A stretch of DNA of 63,204 nucleotides, the filler included, from Octopus bimaculoides (taxonomy: Eukaryota), in the NCBI RefSeq assembly GCF_001194135.2. It is 6 parts of 4 records of this genome, joined end to end, with 100 filler letters (N's around TTAATTAATTAA, not from the genome) between each part and the next. Parts side by side here need not be neighbours in the genome. Positions count along the whole stretch, not along the records: positions 56,203 to 63,204 come from NC_068993.1; 5 more parts are not named here. One strand, 5' to 3'. The translations under genes and the position numbers were made by a program. Under the pieces are notes generated by a model. That model was not told the DNA's origin and did no database searches. It saw only the letters and a list, made by a program, of their open reading frames with translations. Shown one piece after another: positions 63,154 to 63,204 of the stretch; the first letter of the stretch is position 1, and each line of letters opens with the position of its first letter.

Positions 63154-63204
<51 letters not shown>

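Larger units (their letters stand above)
56203..63204 (-). repeat. Tandem exon-intron duplication array (at least 4 units, ~1.0-3.6 kb spacing)
   Basis: A ~480-bp block (mariner-end segment + 108-nt exon + acceptor flank) recurs at ~56.2, 57.75, 58.8 and 62.4 kb; a second block (CAGGACTTATTTTT..CTCACCAACAG..GTAGTGAAGG) recurs at ~57.05, 61.53 and 63.03 kb. Confidence 0.95.

Overview
AT-rich, microsatellite-dense eukaryotic DNA with many N gaps. The repeat landscape resembles an octopus (coleoid cephalopod) draft assembly; this is inferred from recalled repeat families, not from a search. No complete gene is present and almost all ORFs in the track are microsatellite or N-gap artefacts. Main host-gene signal: a minus-strand tandem exon-intron array at 56.2-63.2 kb with four copies of a 108-nt, phase-symmetric, GT-AG-bounded exon. 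Each encodes a 36-aa Ser/Thr/Glu-rich repeat (SEDSQSS[DE]RNESLTNEMEMTT...VTTKETV), i.e. a mucin-like or acidic repeat protein built by exon duplication; the array probably continues past the window end. The rest is transposon debris: at least four tRNA-type SINE families (some with 11-17 bp TSDs, tandem clusters and swapped central modules), several Tc1/mariner relics and a MITE, CR1/L2-like, Tx1/L1-like, R4/Dong-like and Penelope-like retroelement fragments, three decayed minimal type-I hammerhead ribozyme motifs, and a 28S rRNA fragment. SINE family letters A-D are my own working labels. TE boundaries are approximate unless TSDs/TIRs are given.
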